64,000 bases of DNA from Clostridia bacterium. GTDB lineage: Bacteria > Bacillota > Clostridia > Peptostreptococcales > Anaerovoracaceae. Numbering within the stretch: position 1 is the stretch's first letter; each line of letters begins with the position of its first letter. This document shows positions 53,320 to 64,000 of the stretch, piece by piece. The stretch is taken from positions 19,225-83,224 of the forward strand of contig JAKSSR010000001.1 of NCBI GenBank assembly GCA_024402995.1. The letters run 5' to 3'. Position numbers and translations under genes: made by a program. The notes under the pieces are model-generated. The model saw only the letters and a program-made list of their open reading frames with translations, had not been told where the DNA came from and made no database searches.

Positions 53320-55554
53320 ATGATCGATTACTTAAGCAAACTCAACAAGCAGCAGTATGAAGCTGCAACAACCATAGAAGGGCCTCTCCTCATACTTGCA
53401 GGCGCAGGCAGCGGAAAGACCGGCACCATGACCCACCGCATTGCCTACATGGTCAAGGACTGCAATATCAGTCCCTATTCCATTCTGGCCGTAACCTTTA
53501 CCAATAAGGCCGCCAAGGAAATGCGGGAAAGAGTCGAAAACCTGGTAGGCAATATTCAGGGCATGTGGATACAGACCTTCCACTCCTGCTGTCTGAGAAT
53601 TCTCCGCATGGACGGTGACCGTCTGGGCTACGGCAATAATTTCGTAGTCTATGACCCCGTAGACCAGAAGTCCATAGTTAAGAACCTCTGCAAGGAGAGA
53701 AACCTTGATGAAAAGCGTTTTGCTCCTGCTTATGTTCTTTCCGAAATATCCAAGGCAAAGGAAGCTGAGATCAGCCCCGAGGCTTACGCGAGAAGAAAGG
53801 GCGGTCTGGAACAGTTCCAGGTAATTTACCAGCTTTATGACGCCTACGAAAAGCAGCTGAAGAAGAACAATGCCATGGACTTTGATGACTTGATCCTCAA
53901 TACTGTCAGGCTCTTTGAAATGGACGAGGAAGTTCTTCTTAAATACCAGAATCGTTTCAAGTACATAATGGTGGACGAGTACCAGGATACCAACATGCTT
54001 CAGTATAAGCTGATCAAAATGCTCGGCGAAGCTCATGGCAACGTCTGCGTAGTAGGCGACGACGATCAGAGCATTTACCAGTGGCGCGGTGCGGATATAC
54101 GAAATATCCTGGAGTTCGAAAAGGACTTCAAGGGTGCAAAGGTGGTCAAACTGGAAGAAAACTACCGCTCTACGGGAAATATCATAGCTGCGGCCCACAG
54201 CGTCATCAGCAGAAATACTCAGAGAAAAGACAAGAAGCTCTGGACCAGAGCCGAGGACGGCGAAAAAATCGAATACTACAGAGCCGAAAGCGATTACGAC
54301 GAAGCTCGCTACGTAGCAGATAAGATCAAAGAACTCATGAGAAAGAATGAAAGCCTGAAGTATTCGGATTTTGCTATTCTTTACAGAACCAACGTTCAGT
54401 CCAGAAGATTTGAAGAATGCTTTGGAAAGAAGGGTATGCCCTATCAGGTCCTTTCCGGCCTCAGGTTCTTTGACCGCAAGGAAATCAAGGACCTTATGTG
54501 CTATATGCGTTTGGTGGACAATCCTAAGGATGACGTCAGCCTTCTCCGCGTTATAAACGAACCTAAGAGAGGAGTAGGCGCCAAGACTGTCGAAAGCATT
54601 CAGGCAGTAGCAAAGACCACGGAAATGAGCATGCTCGAGGCCATGACACTTCCCGAAGTAATGGACGGCCTTTCTGCCAAGGCAAGTCAGGCTGTAGGTG
54701 AATTCGCCGCCCTTATCAACAGTCTTGCAATTGAAAAGGACAATATGTCCGTTGCAGACGTTTATGACACCCTGCTGGTCCGTTCCGGCTACGTAAAGGC
54801 CCTTGAAGAGCAGGACACCGTTGAAAACGAAAGCAGAATTGAAAACCTTTTGGAATTCAAATCTGTCATTGAGGAAAAGGCCAAGGATGCCGAGAACGCA
54901 GGAGAAGTACTTACTCTTGCGAGCTTCATGGAAAGCCTTGCCCTGGTCGCTGACGTTGACAATCACAACCCCGACGAAGAGGCTGTTGTACTCATGACCA
55001 TGCACTCTGCCAAGGGACTGGAGTTCCCGGTAGTGTTCATGCCAGGCATGGAAACCGGTATTTTCCCCAGCTACCGCAGTATTGACAGAGAAGACGGCAT
55101 AGAAGAAGAACGAAGACTTTGCTACGTAGGCATGACCCGCGCAAAGCAGCGTCTCTTTATGACAAGTGCCGAAACACGCATGCTTTACGGTAAAACGGAC
55201 TTTACCACTGAGTCTCAGTTCCTCAAGGAAATCGACCGCAAATACATGACCGGCAATGCGGTTTACGAGAAAAAGAATCAGGGAATGTCTCAGGCCAGAT
55301 ACAGCCCTGTGACCACTTATTCCAAAGGAACTTACGTTTCTCCCATTGCCCAGCTTGAAGCTGTGCGCAAGGCTGCGGCGCCTCCTAAGGAAACTCTGGC
55401 CAAATCCGATGTTCAGCCCGGCGATCTTGTGGAACACGTAAAGTTCGGCAAGGGCACTGTCATTGAACTCAAAGGAAATATCGTTACAGTCATGTTCGAA
55501 GAATTCGGCGTAAAGAAAATGGCCAGGGACATGGCTCCCCTTAAGAAGTTATAA
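53320..55554 (+). CDS. pcrA: ATP-dependent DNA helicase PcrA (UvrD family)
   Basis: LILAGAGSGKTGTMTHRIAY (motif I), VDEYQDTN, VVGDDDQSIYQWRGA, YRS, TMHSAKGLEFPVVF and VGMTRAKQRL; 744 aa. Confidence 0.95.
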   Translation: MIDYLSKLNKQQYEAATTIEGPLLILAGAGSGKTGTMTHRIAYMVKDCNISPYSILAVTFTNKAAKEMRERVENLVGNIQGMWIQTFHSCCLRILRMDGDRLGYGNNFVVYDPVDQKSIVKNLCKERNLDEKRFAPAYVLSEISKAKEAEISPEAYARRKGGLEQFQVIYQLYDAYEKQLKKNNAMDFDDLILNTVRLFEMDEEVLLKYQNRFKYIMVDEYQDTNMLQYKLIKMLGEAHGNVCVVGDDDQSIYQWRGADIRNILEFEKDFKGAKVVKLEENYRSTGNIIAAAHSVISRNTQRKDKKLWTRAEDGEKIEYYRAESDYDEARYVADKIKELMRKNESLKYSDFAILYRTNVQSRRFEECFGKKGMPYQVLSGLRFFDRKEIKDLMCYMRLVDNPKDDVSLLRVINEPKRGVGAKTVESIQAVAKTTEMSMLEAMTLPEVMDGLSAKASQAVGEFAALINSLAIEKDNMSVADVYDTLLVRSGYVKALEEQDTVENESRIENLLEFKSVIEEKAKDAENAGEVLTLASFMESLALVADVDNHNPDEEAVVLMTMHSAKGLEFPVVFMPGMETGIFPSYRSIDREDGIEEERRLCYVGMTRAKQRLFMTSAETRMLYGKTDFTTESQFLKEIDRKYMTGNAVYEKKNQGMSQARYSPVTTYSKGTYVSPIAQLEAVRKAAAPPKETLAKSDVQPGDLVEHVKFGKGTVIELKGNIVTVMFEEFGVKKMARDMAPLKKL

Positions 55555-55566
55555 AGTTTCGGTTAA

Positions 55567-57579
<2,013 letters not shown>

Positions 57580-57595
57580 AACATAAGGAGCTTAA

Positions 57596-58915
57596 ATGGC
57601 TTTATTTCCCTTTAAAAACAATAGTGTGCGTCTGAAAGGCGAAAGGAATACGGCAGGGCAGAACATAGTTCCCATTGCTCTTCCCAAGGAGGTACATATC
57701 TCCATGAAACAGGGACAGTGCGATGCAGCGGAGCCTGTGGTATTTGTAGGTGACAGTGTTAAAGTCGGCCAGGTCATAGGCAAGAACCTGACACCTTTCA
57801 GTGTGCCCGTTCACAGCAGTGTTTCCGGCACGGTCAAAGCCGTCACTAACGAACCCTCCGTGGGCGGCGCTTTTGACGTTCACGTAGTCATTGAGTGCGA
57901 CGGAAGACAGGATTTTGCGGCCGGCGTTGTTCCGCCTTCAGTTGAAAGCACCAAGGATTTTATCAACGCCGTTCGTAAGTCCGGCCTGGTCGGTCTGGGC
58001 GGCGCAGGCTTCCCCATGGCCGCTAAATTTGCCCCCTGCGTAGATGCCGAAGTGGATACTCTCATAATCAACGGCGTTGAATGTGAGCCTTTCCTTACGG
58101 TTGACCGCATGACTATGATCGCTCACAGCCGCGATGTTATAAGCGGCAGCGAGGCCATTATGAAATGGCTGGGTATAGGGCGATGCATCATAGGAGTAAA
58201 CCGCTCCATGAGAGACGTCTATGAACTTTTTGAGGATCTGCTCAAAGAAAAGCAGAGCATATCCGTTCGATATGTTTCTGATGTTTATCCCATTGGCGCA
58301 GAGCATATCATTGTTCGCGAGCTGACCGGAAGAACACTTCTTCCCGGAAGAATAGCTCCTGATGTGGGCTGCCTTGTCTGCAATGTCAATTCCGTGGTCA
58401 AGCTTCAGCACTATCTTTCCACGGGACTTCCCCTGGTAACAAAGAACCTGACTGTTGACGGAAGCGCGGTTGCCGCAAGGCGCAATGTGGAAGTCCCCAT
58501 CGGAACTCTTATCCGCGACGTATTCGATTTCTGCGGAGGTGCTCCTGAAGGACATGACCCGGTCCTTACTCTTCTTGACGGGGTCATGATGGGAAAAGTG
58601 GCTGAAAACGACAGGCTCCCCATAAACGCGTCCGACAATGCCGTTCTCTTTTTTGACGAGGACTTTGCTCGCAAGCTTGCCCCCGGTGCCTGCATTAATT
58701 GCGGACGCTGCATAAGGTGCTGTCCTCAGAACCTCATGCCCGGAAAAATATATGACGCCGTTCAGAGACTGGATACCGCTTTCCTTGAAAAGAGCGGTGC
58801 CGGTAACTGCATAAATTGCGGTGCGTGCTCTTATGTATGTCCTGCAAGAAGAAGACTGAGTCAATCTGTTTTCAGACTGGCCGCCTCCATGAAAGGAGGA
58901 AGGGAAAATGAGTAG
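57596..58915 (+). CDS. rnfC: Rnf complex subunit C
   Basis: GLVGLGGAGFP, LIINGVECEPFLT, and two ferredoxin motifs CINCGRCIRCCP and CINCGACSYVCP; 439 aa. AAGGAG SD. Confidence 0.9.
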   Translation: MALFPFKNNSVRLKGERNTAGQNIVPIALPKEVHISMKQGQCDAAEPVVFVGDSVKVGQVIGKNLTPFSVPVHSSVSGTVKAVTNEPSVGGAFDVHVVIECDGRQDFAAGVVPPSVESTKDFINAVRKSGLVGLGGAGFPMAAKFAPCVDAEVDTLIINGVECEPFLTVDRMTMIAHSRDVISGSEAIMKWLGIGRCIIGVNRSMRDVYELFEDLLKEKQSISVRYVSDVYPIGAEHIIVRELTGRTLLPGRIAPDVGCLVCNVNSVVKLQHYLSTGLPLVTKNLTVDGSAVAARRNVEVPIGTLIRDVFDFCGGAPEGHDPVLTLLDGVMMGKVAENDRLPINASDNAVLFFDEDFARKLAPGACINCGRCIRCCPQNLMPGKIYDAVQRLDTAFLEKSGAGNCINCGACSYVCPARRRLSQSVFRLAASMKGGRENE

Positions 58916-59873
58916 CAAAAACTATATTTCCGAAGCTCCCTTCATATATGCCAAGGCCGATACCACGTCCATTATGGCCGATGTGCTCATTGCCCTTATT
59001 CCAAGCATTGCCGCAGGTATTTACCTTTACGGTACATCTATGATCTTCAGCGTTCTGGTGTGCGCCGCATCCTGCATGTGTTTTGAAGCTGTTTCCCAGA
59101 AACTCTTGGGAAGGACAGTTACTGTAAAGGATATGAGCGCCGCTGTAACGGGCACTATAATCGCTCTCAATCTTCCCACTGACGTTTCTCCCTGGATAGG
59201 TATTCTGGGAAGCTTTATCGCCATTGTTGTGGTGAAGCAGCTTTTCGGCGGAATAGGGCGCAACTTCGCAAACCCGGCTCTTGTTGCCATTCTGGTCCTT
59301 TACAGAAGCTCCCCCGCCGACACCAGCAGTTGGATAGTCAATTCTAAAATGATACCCGCCATCTATGACGCGGCTAACGGAGCAAGGACCGGCTATACAG
59401 TTCTTCAGCTTCAGAAGATAAACGGAGATCTTCCTTCCGCCGTCCAGATGCTTACAGGATTTAAGAACGGTCCCGCTGCCAACGCATGGGCCATCGCAGC
59501 CGTCATAGGCGGACTTTATCTTATAGCAAAAAAAGTCATAAGTCCGGTCTTGCCCGCGGCTTTCCTGGCAACTGTCAGCATTGCTTCTCTGCTCCATGGC
59601 AGTAATCCCTTGTTTCAGATCTGCGCGGGGGGCGTTATGTTTTACGCTTTCTTCATGGCAAATGACTATGCTACCATGCCTGTGACCGCTCTTGGGAAAA
59701 TTATTGCCGGTGTGATTCTGGGCATTATCACCATGTTCTTCAGAACGTATTCCTCTGTAAGTGACGGCATTGCCTACGCGCTTCTCTTTGTAAATATTCT
59801 GACTCCGAGGATCGATGCTATGACTATGCCCCGTCCATTTGGAGAAGTGAGAGGAGGAAAGACCCGTGAATAG
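58908..59873 (+). CDS. rnfD: Rnf complex subunit D-like (divergent)
   Basis: 321 aa, polytopic. QLFGGIGRNFANPAL and GGLYLIAKKVIS match the NqrB/RnfD family. The expected D-x-x-[ST]-G-A-T site reads DAANGART (59367-59390). Confidence 0.8.
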   Translation: MSSKNYISEAPFIYAKADTTSIMADVLIALIPSIAAGIYLYGTSMIFSVLVCAASCMCFEAVSQKLLGRTVTVKDMSAAVTGTIIALNLPTDVSPWIGILGSFIAIVVVKQLFGGIGRNFANPALVAILVLYRSSPADTSSWIVNSKMIPAIYDAANGARTGYTVLQLQKINGDLPSAVQMLTGFKNGPAANAWAIAAVIGGLYLIAKKVISPVLPAAFLATVSIASLLHGSNPLFQICAGGVMFYAFFMANDYATMPVTALGKIIAGVILGIITMFFRTYSSVSDGIAYALLFVNILTPRIDAMTMPRPFGEVRGGKTRE

Positions 59874-60459
59874 AAAAACAATTGCCGCATGCATCCTTGC
59901 TCTCGGCTCCGTATTTCTGCTGGTTTTCCTTGTTCTGGTCATCTCCCACATGATCGTTGCCGACCGTCTCAATGAGCACCTTACTTCTGTGCCTCAGGAG
60001 GAAAGAATGGCAATGGTCCCGGGTACTGAAACCATTGAGGTCCCGGAGGATATGGAATACGCTGACGGTGTTACCTGCGTCAGCCTTCTTTACGACGAAA
60101 ACGGAAATGAAACCGGTTGTGTCATCGATACTGTCTCCACAGGCTCAGACGGAGACGTTATCGTCCGCGTGGCCTTTGATGACGAAGACACAATAGCCGC
60201 CCTAGACGTTATCGAGCACGCAGGTCTTCCCACTAATCTGGGATATAAGGCAGCTCTTCCTGAGTTTACGGATCAGTTCATCGGAGCTTCTTCTATTACC
60301 GCCTATTCAGGAAGCGTCAGCGGAAGACTGATTAAGTTTATTGACGACGCGGACTATTCATGCGCCGGTGTTTACAGCTGCGTTGCTGCAGCATTTACTC
60401 AACTTAAGGAAATGAGACTTTCCGAAAACGAGCAGACCACAGAAGGAGGAACGGAATAA
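59866..60459 (+). CDS. rnfG: Rnf complex subunit G-like (divergent FMN_bind domain)
   Basis: GTG start at 59866 (GAGGAGGA SD, overlaps the rnfD end). N-terminal TM and FTDQFIG. The expected DAxSGAT site reads DDADYSCAGVYS (60343-60378). Confidence 0.7.
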   Translation: MNRKTIAACILALGSVFLLVFLVLVISHMIVADRLNEHLTSVPQEERMAMVPGTETIEVPEDMEYADGVTCVSLLYDENGNETGCVIDTVSTGSDGDVIVRVAFDDEDTIAALDVIEHAGLPTNLGYKAALPEFTDQFIGASSITAYSGSVSGRLIKFIDDADYSCAGVYSCVAAAFTQLKEMRLSENEQTTEGGTE

Positions 60460-61070
60460 TGAGCAGAAAAGAAAGATTTTCCGTCTTCCTCGGCGGACTT
60501 TACAGAGATAACCCGGTGTTTACTGCAGCTCTCGGAATATGCTGCAGCATTTTCATGACCTATGATGTCAGGAACGCTTTTCTGACTGGCGTATTTACAG
60601 CTCTGACTCTTGTAGTATCGGACATGGTCATTTCCGCAATGAAAAGGGTAATACCCAAGCAGGTCAGAATACCATGTCATATGCTCCTCATTTTCGGATC
60701 ACTTACCTTTCTGCAGTTTATGCTCAATGCCTACTTTCCCATGTTTGAAAGCGGCATAAACAAGTATTTTCTTCCTGTGGCAGTAAGCTGCCTGGTTCTG
60801 GGCAGGGCAGAAGGCTATGCCATAAAAAACAGTGTCATAAATTCAGGTGTAGACGCTCTTGGAGTAGGAATAGGTTTTACAGTTAATTTGGTACTTATTG
60901 CCATTCTCAGAGACGTTTTGGGCAATGGTATGTTCTTCGGAACACCTGTTTTTTCCGGAAATGTCAAGCCTGTTTCCCTCTTTGCCATGGCGCCGGGAGT
61001 CCTTTTCATTTCAGGATGCATCTGCGCTCTGGTCAAGAAAATTGCGGGAAGAAAGGACGGTGGAGAATAA
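60459..61070 (+). CDS. rnfE: Rnf complex subunit E
   Basis: 203 aa. NPVFTAALGICCS..., IPKQVRIPCHML and CLVLGRAEGYA fit the RnfE/NqrD pattern. Confidence 0.8.
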   Translation: MSRKERFSVFLGGLYRDNPVFTAALGICCSIFMTYDVRNAFLTGVFTALTLVVSDMVISAMKRVIPKQVRIPCHMLLIFGSLTFLQFMLNAYFPMFESGINKYFLPVAVSCLVLGRAEGYAIKNSVINSGVDALGVGIGFTVNLVLIAILRDVLGNGMFFGTPVFSGNVKPVSLFAMAPGVLFISGCICALVKKIAGRKDGGE

Positions 61071-61669
61071 TGAGGGATATACTTTACATCATCCTTACCA
61101 CCGTTCTGGCAAATAATGTGATGTTCGTCCGGTTTGAAGGACTGTGCAGCTTTATGAGTTGTCCGGGCAGGAAGAGCAGCGTAAGATTTTTGACTTTCGC
61201 CACCGGTTTTGTCCTTGTTTTCGCATCGGTGTTCAGCTGGATAGCGGACAGATATATTCTGACTCCTCTGAATGCGGAATACCTTAAGACTGTAGTTATC
61301 GTTTTCATAATTGCCTGCTTTGTGCAGGTCGTTGATAACGTCACTGCGGCACAGTATCCCCGCTTCCGCGAGGAAATGGGGATCTGTCTGGTCCTTATTG
61401 CCACCAACAGCGCAGTACTGACCATTTGTCTTGAGAGTGCACAGCAGGACAGCACACTTATCAGCATAATTCTTTCCGCATTGGGAACTGCTTTGGGCTT
61501 TGGGATTTCGACCTTCCTTTTCGGAGGAATAAGAGAAAAAATAGAAAACAGCAATGTTCCCGAATGCTTTAAGGGAACACCGGCGACGCTTATTGCCGCA
61601 TCCATAATCAGCCTCGCGTTCTATGGCTTTGAAGGCGTTGTTACCGGTATTTTCAGTATGGGACTATAA
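61070..61669 (+). CDS. rnfA: Rnf complex subunit A (divergent)
   Basis: Start at ATG 61070 (TAATG overlap with rnfE). LANNVMFVRFEGLCSF fits RnfA/NqrE. The usual ...TNC... reads IATNSAVL (61403-61411). Confidence 0.8.
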   Translation: MRDILYIILTTVLANNVMFVRFEGLCSFMSCPGRKSSVRFLTFATGFVLVFASVFSWIADRYILTPLNAEYLKTVVIVFIIACFVQVVDNVTAAQYPRFREEMGICLVLIATNSAVLTICLESAQQDSTLISIILSALGTALGFGISTFLFGGIREKIENSNVPECFKGTPATLIAASIISLAFYGFEGVVTGIFSMGL

Positions 61670-61673
61670 GAGA

Positions 61674-62585
61674 ATGGAAAAATACTTAGGAATAGACCTG
61701 GGCGGAACCAACGTCAAGGTCGCTATCACAGATAAAACAGGGAATATTTACGGAAGCGCTTCGGTTAAAACTCTTGCCTGCGATGACCCGGAGGTTCCCG
61801 TCAGACAAATTGAAGCCGGAGTAAAGGCCGCTCTGGAAAACGCAGGTCTTCAGATGAGTGATATCAAGGCGGCCGGCTTCGGAATTCCCGGAAACGGTGT
61901 CTGGCCCAAAGGGGAGGTCATTATCTGCCCAAACATAGGCTGGAATCACTTTGATGCTGTCGGACGACTGGAAAGCATTCTCGGCGTTCCCGTATTTATG
62001 GGCAACGATGCCGACTGCATGGCACTTGCCGAGAACTCATTCGGAGCCGGTAAAAATTACAGAGCGTTCCTAATGATCACTCTGGGAACCGGAGTAGGGG
62101 GAGCTTTTGTCATGGACGGCAAGCCTTTTGTCGGTGCCGGACCCTGCGCCGGAGAATTCGGCTACATTCCCCTTGTCCACGGAGGCTATGAAAGCAACAG
62201 CGGACTTAACGGATGCCTTGAAGAATACTGCTCGATCAGAGGTATGGAGAGACTTGCCATGGAGGAGGGATTTCCCGAACATACGGGGCCAAAGAGAGTT
62301 TTCCGCATGCTTGAGGAGGGCAATCCTGCAGCCGAGAGGGTGGTAGATGCTTATACCGACCTGCTGGCAGAGGGCCTTACAGGTCTCATCAACATCTTCC
62401 GTCCCGAGGTAATTCTTCTCGGCGGCGGAATGGCCAATGCTGGTGCTCCTCTCTTTGACAGGCTCAATGAAAAAATCCCCAAGATGACCTACGCCAACGA
62501 TTCCGTTCCGGCTCCCAAAGTTACCGGGACTGTGCTTGGCACCTATGCCGGAGCCCTTGGCGCCGCCGTTCTTGCAATGGAGTAG
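61674..62585 (+). CDS. ROK-family sugar kinase (glucokinase-like)
   Basis: Start at ATG 61674, 4 nt after the rnfA stop. LGIDLGGTNVKVAI and ITLGTGVGGAFV. The CxCGxxGC zinc motif is only partly present (GCLEEYCS). Confidence 0.8.
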   Translation: MEKYLGIDLGGTNVKVAITDKTGNIYGSASVKTLACDDPEVPVRQIEAGVKAALENAGLQMSDIKAAGFGIPGNGVWPKGEVIICPNIGWNHFDAVGRLESILGVPVFMGNDADCMALAENSFGAGKNYRAFLMITLGTGVGGAFVMDGKPFVGAGPCAGEFGYIPLVHGGYESNSGLNGCLEEYCSIRGMERLAMEEGFPEHTGPKRVFRMLEEGNPAAERVVDAYTDLLAEGLTGLINIFRPEVILLGGGMANAGAPLFDRLNEKIPKMTYANDSVPAPKVTGTVLGTYAGALGAAVLAME

Positions 62586-62588
62586 AGT

Positions 62589-63434
62589 ATGCTAAGAAAA
62601 CTCATTTGTATATTGATTTCCGCGTCAGTCCTCATGGGACTTTGCGGCTGCACACTCCTTTCAAGAGTTGAAGCTGACGGAGAAAACGAGGCTCCCAGAA
62701 CTAAGTTTGTGGCTGAAAGCCTCCATGTCCCCGCTCCCGTTGAGACTGAGGGCAATGGTGAAGAAGGTACTTCATCTGAAGTTGAAACCGACGGAGAAAA
62801 CGCGGTCGTAATTGAATATCCCCAGATAAAAGAAGACGACCCCATGTATGAGGACGTCTCTCTGATGGTCACAGGCCTTACGCCTGTATTCAGTTATTTT
62901 GCCTTTAAGGGCGAGGATATGGACCTCAGTGATCTGAGTGCGGAGGATTTCTGGCTTCTTATGGCCATGATAGCCGCCGACGTCAACGGAGATAACAAAG
63001 ATGCCGACGGCAGCGTCAGTCTGCAGAAAGACGTTCTTTCCGATTATGCTGCAACTTTCTTCGGCAGTCTTTTTTTCGCCAGCGGTCTACCCGATTGGAA
63101 GGGTACGACCAGTGCTTCTTCTGACCCACGCAGTCAGGTGATTTCCCTTTCCGCGATGGGAGTTGACGGTTATCACGGAAAGCTTGCAGGTTTTGAGGCA
63201 AGCCCCGATGAAGAAGGTTATTATGATCTCTACCTTGAGATATATAAGTCCGTCATTGAAGGTGCCCAGACAGGCAGCGATGCCGGTGATAATCTGATTT
63301 GGAAAATTGTCCTTGAACCATGGAATGATGATTCAGAGCACGCTTTTGCTTTTAAGATGAAGTCTTTCAGCCGTGAAGAAAATGAAGTCCTTCAGGCAGG
63401 ATCCGAGAGTGCCGATTCCACCTCAGCGGATTGA
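62589..63434 (+). CDS. Lipoprotein, unknown function
   Basis: Signal/lipobox ISASVLMGLCGCTL with an acidic mature domain; 281 aa. Confidence 0.6.
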   Translation: MLRKLICILISASVLMGLCGCTLLSRVEADGENEAPRTKFVAESLHVPAPVETEGNGEEGTSSEVETDGENAVVIEYPQIKEDDPMYEDVSLMVTGLTPVFSYFAFKGEDMDLSDLSAEDFWLLMAMIAADVNGDNKDADGSVSLQKDVLSDYAATFFGSLFFASGLPDWKGTTSASSDPRSQVISLSAMGVDGYHGKLAGFEASPDEEGYYDLYLEIYKSVIEGAQTGSDAGDNLIWKIVLEPWNDDSEHAFAFKMKSFSREENEVLQAGSESADSTSAD

Positions 63435-64000
63435 TACTTCGCCTGTGGTCAGAGCTTCGGTATCGCCGTTTTCCCAGGTGACAAGAAGTTTGAAATCTTC
63501 GGTGATTTCTAGAGCCTCTGCCTTGCGTGGAACAGACGATTCACCGAACAGCACATTGACGCTTTTACCCGTTGTGATGCATTTTTTTCTGTAATAATCA
63601 AGATATTCAGCCTTGCCTTTCGGCAGGGCTTTTATCATGGTTTCGAGAGCCGGAAGGAGGGCTTCTGCAAAGCTTTGCGGCTCAATAACTGTGCCGCAGG
63701 CCTGCTTGATGGAAATTGCCTTATTTCGCAGCTCCGGCGGAAAATCCGCTTCTTCCTGGGAAAGGTTTACGCCTATTCCAAGAACGAGAAAAAGTCCCCG
63801 TTCCAGCGGCATCAGCTCTGTCAGAATGCCGCAGACCTTCCGCCCTTCAAGGATAAGGTCGTTGGGCCATTTTATGCCGCAGACTGCAGGGCACAATGCC
63901 TCAATGGTCCTGCATACGCAGACCGATGCCATAGGCATAATGGGAAGGGCTTCTTCCATTGACGCAAGTTCAAAGGGTACGGACAGATACAGTCCCTTGC
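63423..64000 (-). CDS. birA: Biotin--[acetyl-CoA-carboxylase] ligase BirA; 5' end beyond the window
   Basis: KWPNDLILEGRKVCGILTE and GIGVNL. The frame stays open upstream of the track ATG to base 64000 (..KGLYLSVPFELAS), so the gene is truncated by the window. Its 3' end overlaps the convergent lipoprotein gene by 12 nt. Confidence 0.85.
   Translation of the reverse strand, partial: KGLYLSVPFELASMEEALPIMPMASVCVCRTIEALCPAVCGIKWPNDLILEGRKVCGILTELMPLERGLFLVLGIGVNLSQEEADFPPELRNKAISIKQACGTVIEPQSFAEALLPALETMIKALPKGKAEYLDYYRKKCITTGKSVNVLFGESSVPRKAEALEITEDFKLLVTWENGDTEALTTGEVSIR

Noticed and set aside
53332-55437. A 701-aa stop-free ORF antisense to almost the whole of pcrA. It is the same length as OppD and the longest antisense frame in the window.
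   Set aside because: The sense frame carries every UvrD/PcrA helicase motif. The antisense translation is low-complexity (V/F/L/G/H-rich), has no motif or SD, and starts inside pcrA. Long antisense frames recur over many genes here, so this is best explained by codon and composition bias.

Overview
This 64-kb chromosomal segment reads like a low-GC Gram-positive strict anaerobe of the Clostridia type. The cues are AGGAGG-type ribosome-binding sites, lipobox lipoproteins, an Rnf operon, desulfoferrodoxin, RapZ/WhiA and yerB-pcrA-ligA synteny. I can support about 60 protein-coding genes, one tRNA-Arg(CCG), about a dozen intrinsic terminators and several sigma-A-type promoters. I saw no rRNA, CRISPR array, transposase, integrase or phage genes.

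Layout:
- 1-18.5 kb is almost all minus strand: a clostripain-like peptidase, pmbA, tldD, a 669-bp non-coding gap, a Nudix/hydrolase/kinase gene string, an unusually large Opp-type peptide importer, ybaK and nhaC.
- 18.5-64 kb is mostly plus strand: small proteins, two serine hydrolases, a nudC / SUV3-like helicase / macro-domain cluster, transporters, ferritin plus superoxide reductase, nadK, rluD, a beta-CASP nuclease, an aminotransferase, murB, rapZ, kce, whiA, a four-gene Tad-like module, pspA, yerB-pcrA-ligA, rnfCDGEA, a ROK kinase and birA.

Most of the window is housekeeping. The items I think deserve a second look:
1. An Rnf-like operon with no rnfB, in which the RnfD and RnfG flavinylation motifs and one RnfA cysteine appear substituted.
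2. An orphan Tad-like ATPase/platform module with no pilin or prepilin peptidase and a Walker-A-less CpaE/TadZ-like partner.
3. A tightly packed nudC / SUV3-like helicase / macro-domain cluster with an NAD, ADP-ribose and RNA theme.
4. An Opp importer in which every component is enlarged, including an insert of about 355 aa in OppD.
5. A tldD-pmbA-C11 three-protease operon preceded by a 669-bp gap that carries duplicated hairpin repeats.

All family assignments come from motifs read in the supplied translations and from memory of those families. No database search was possible.
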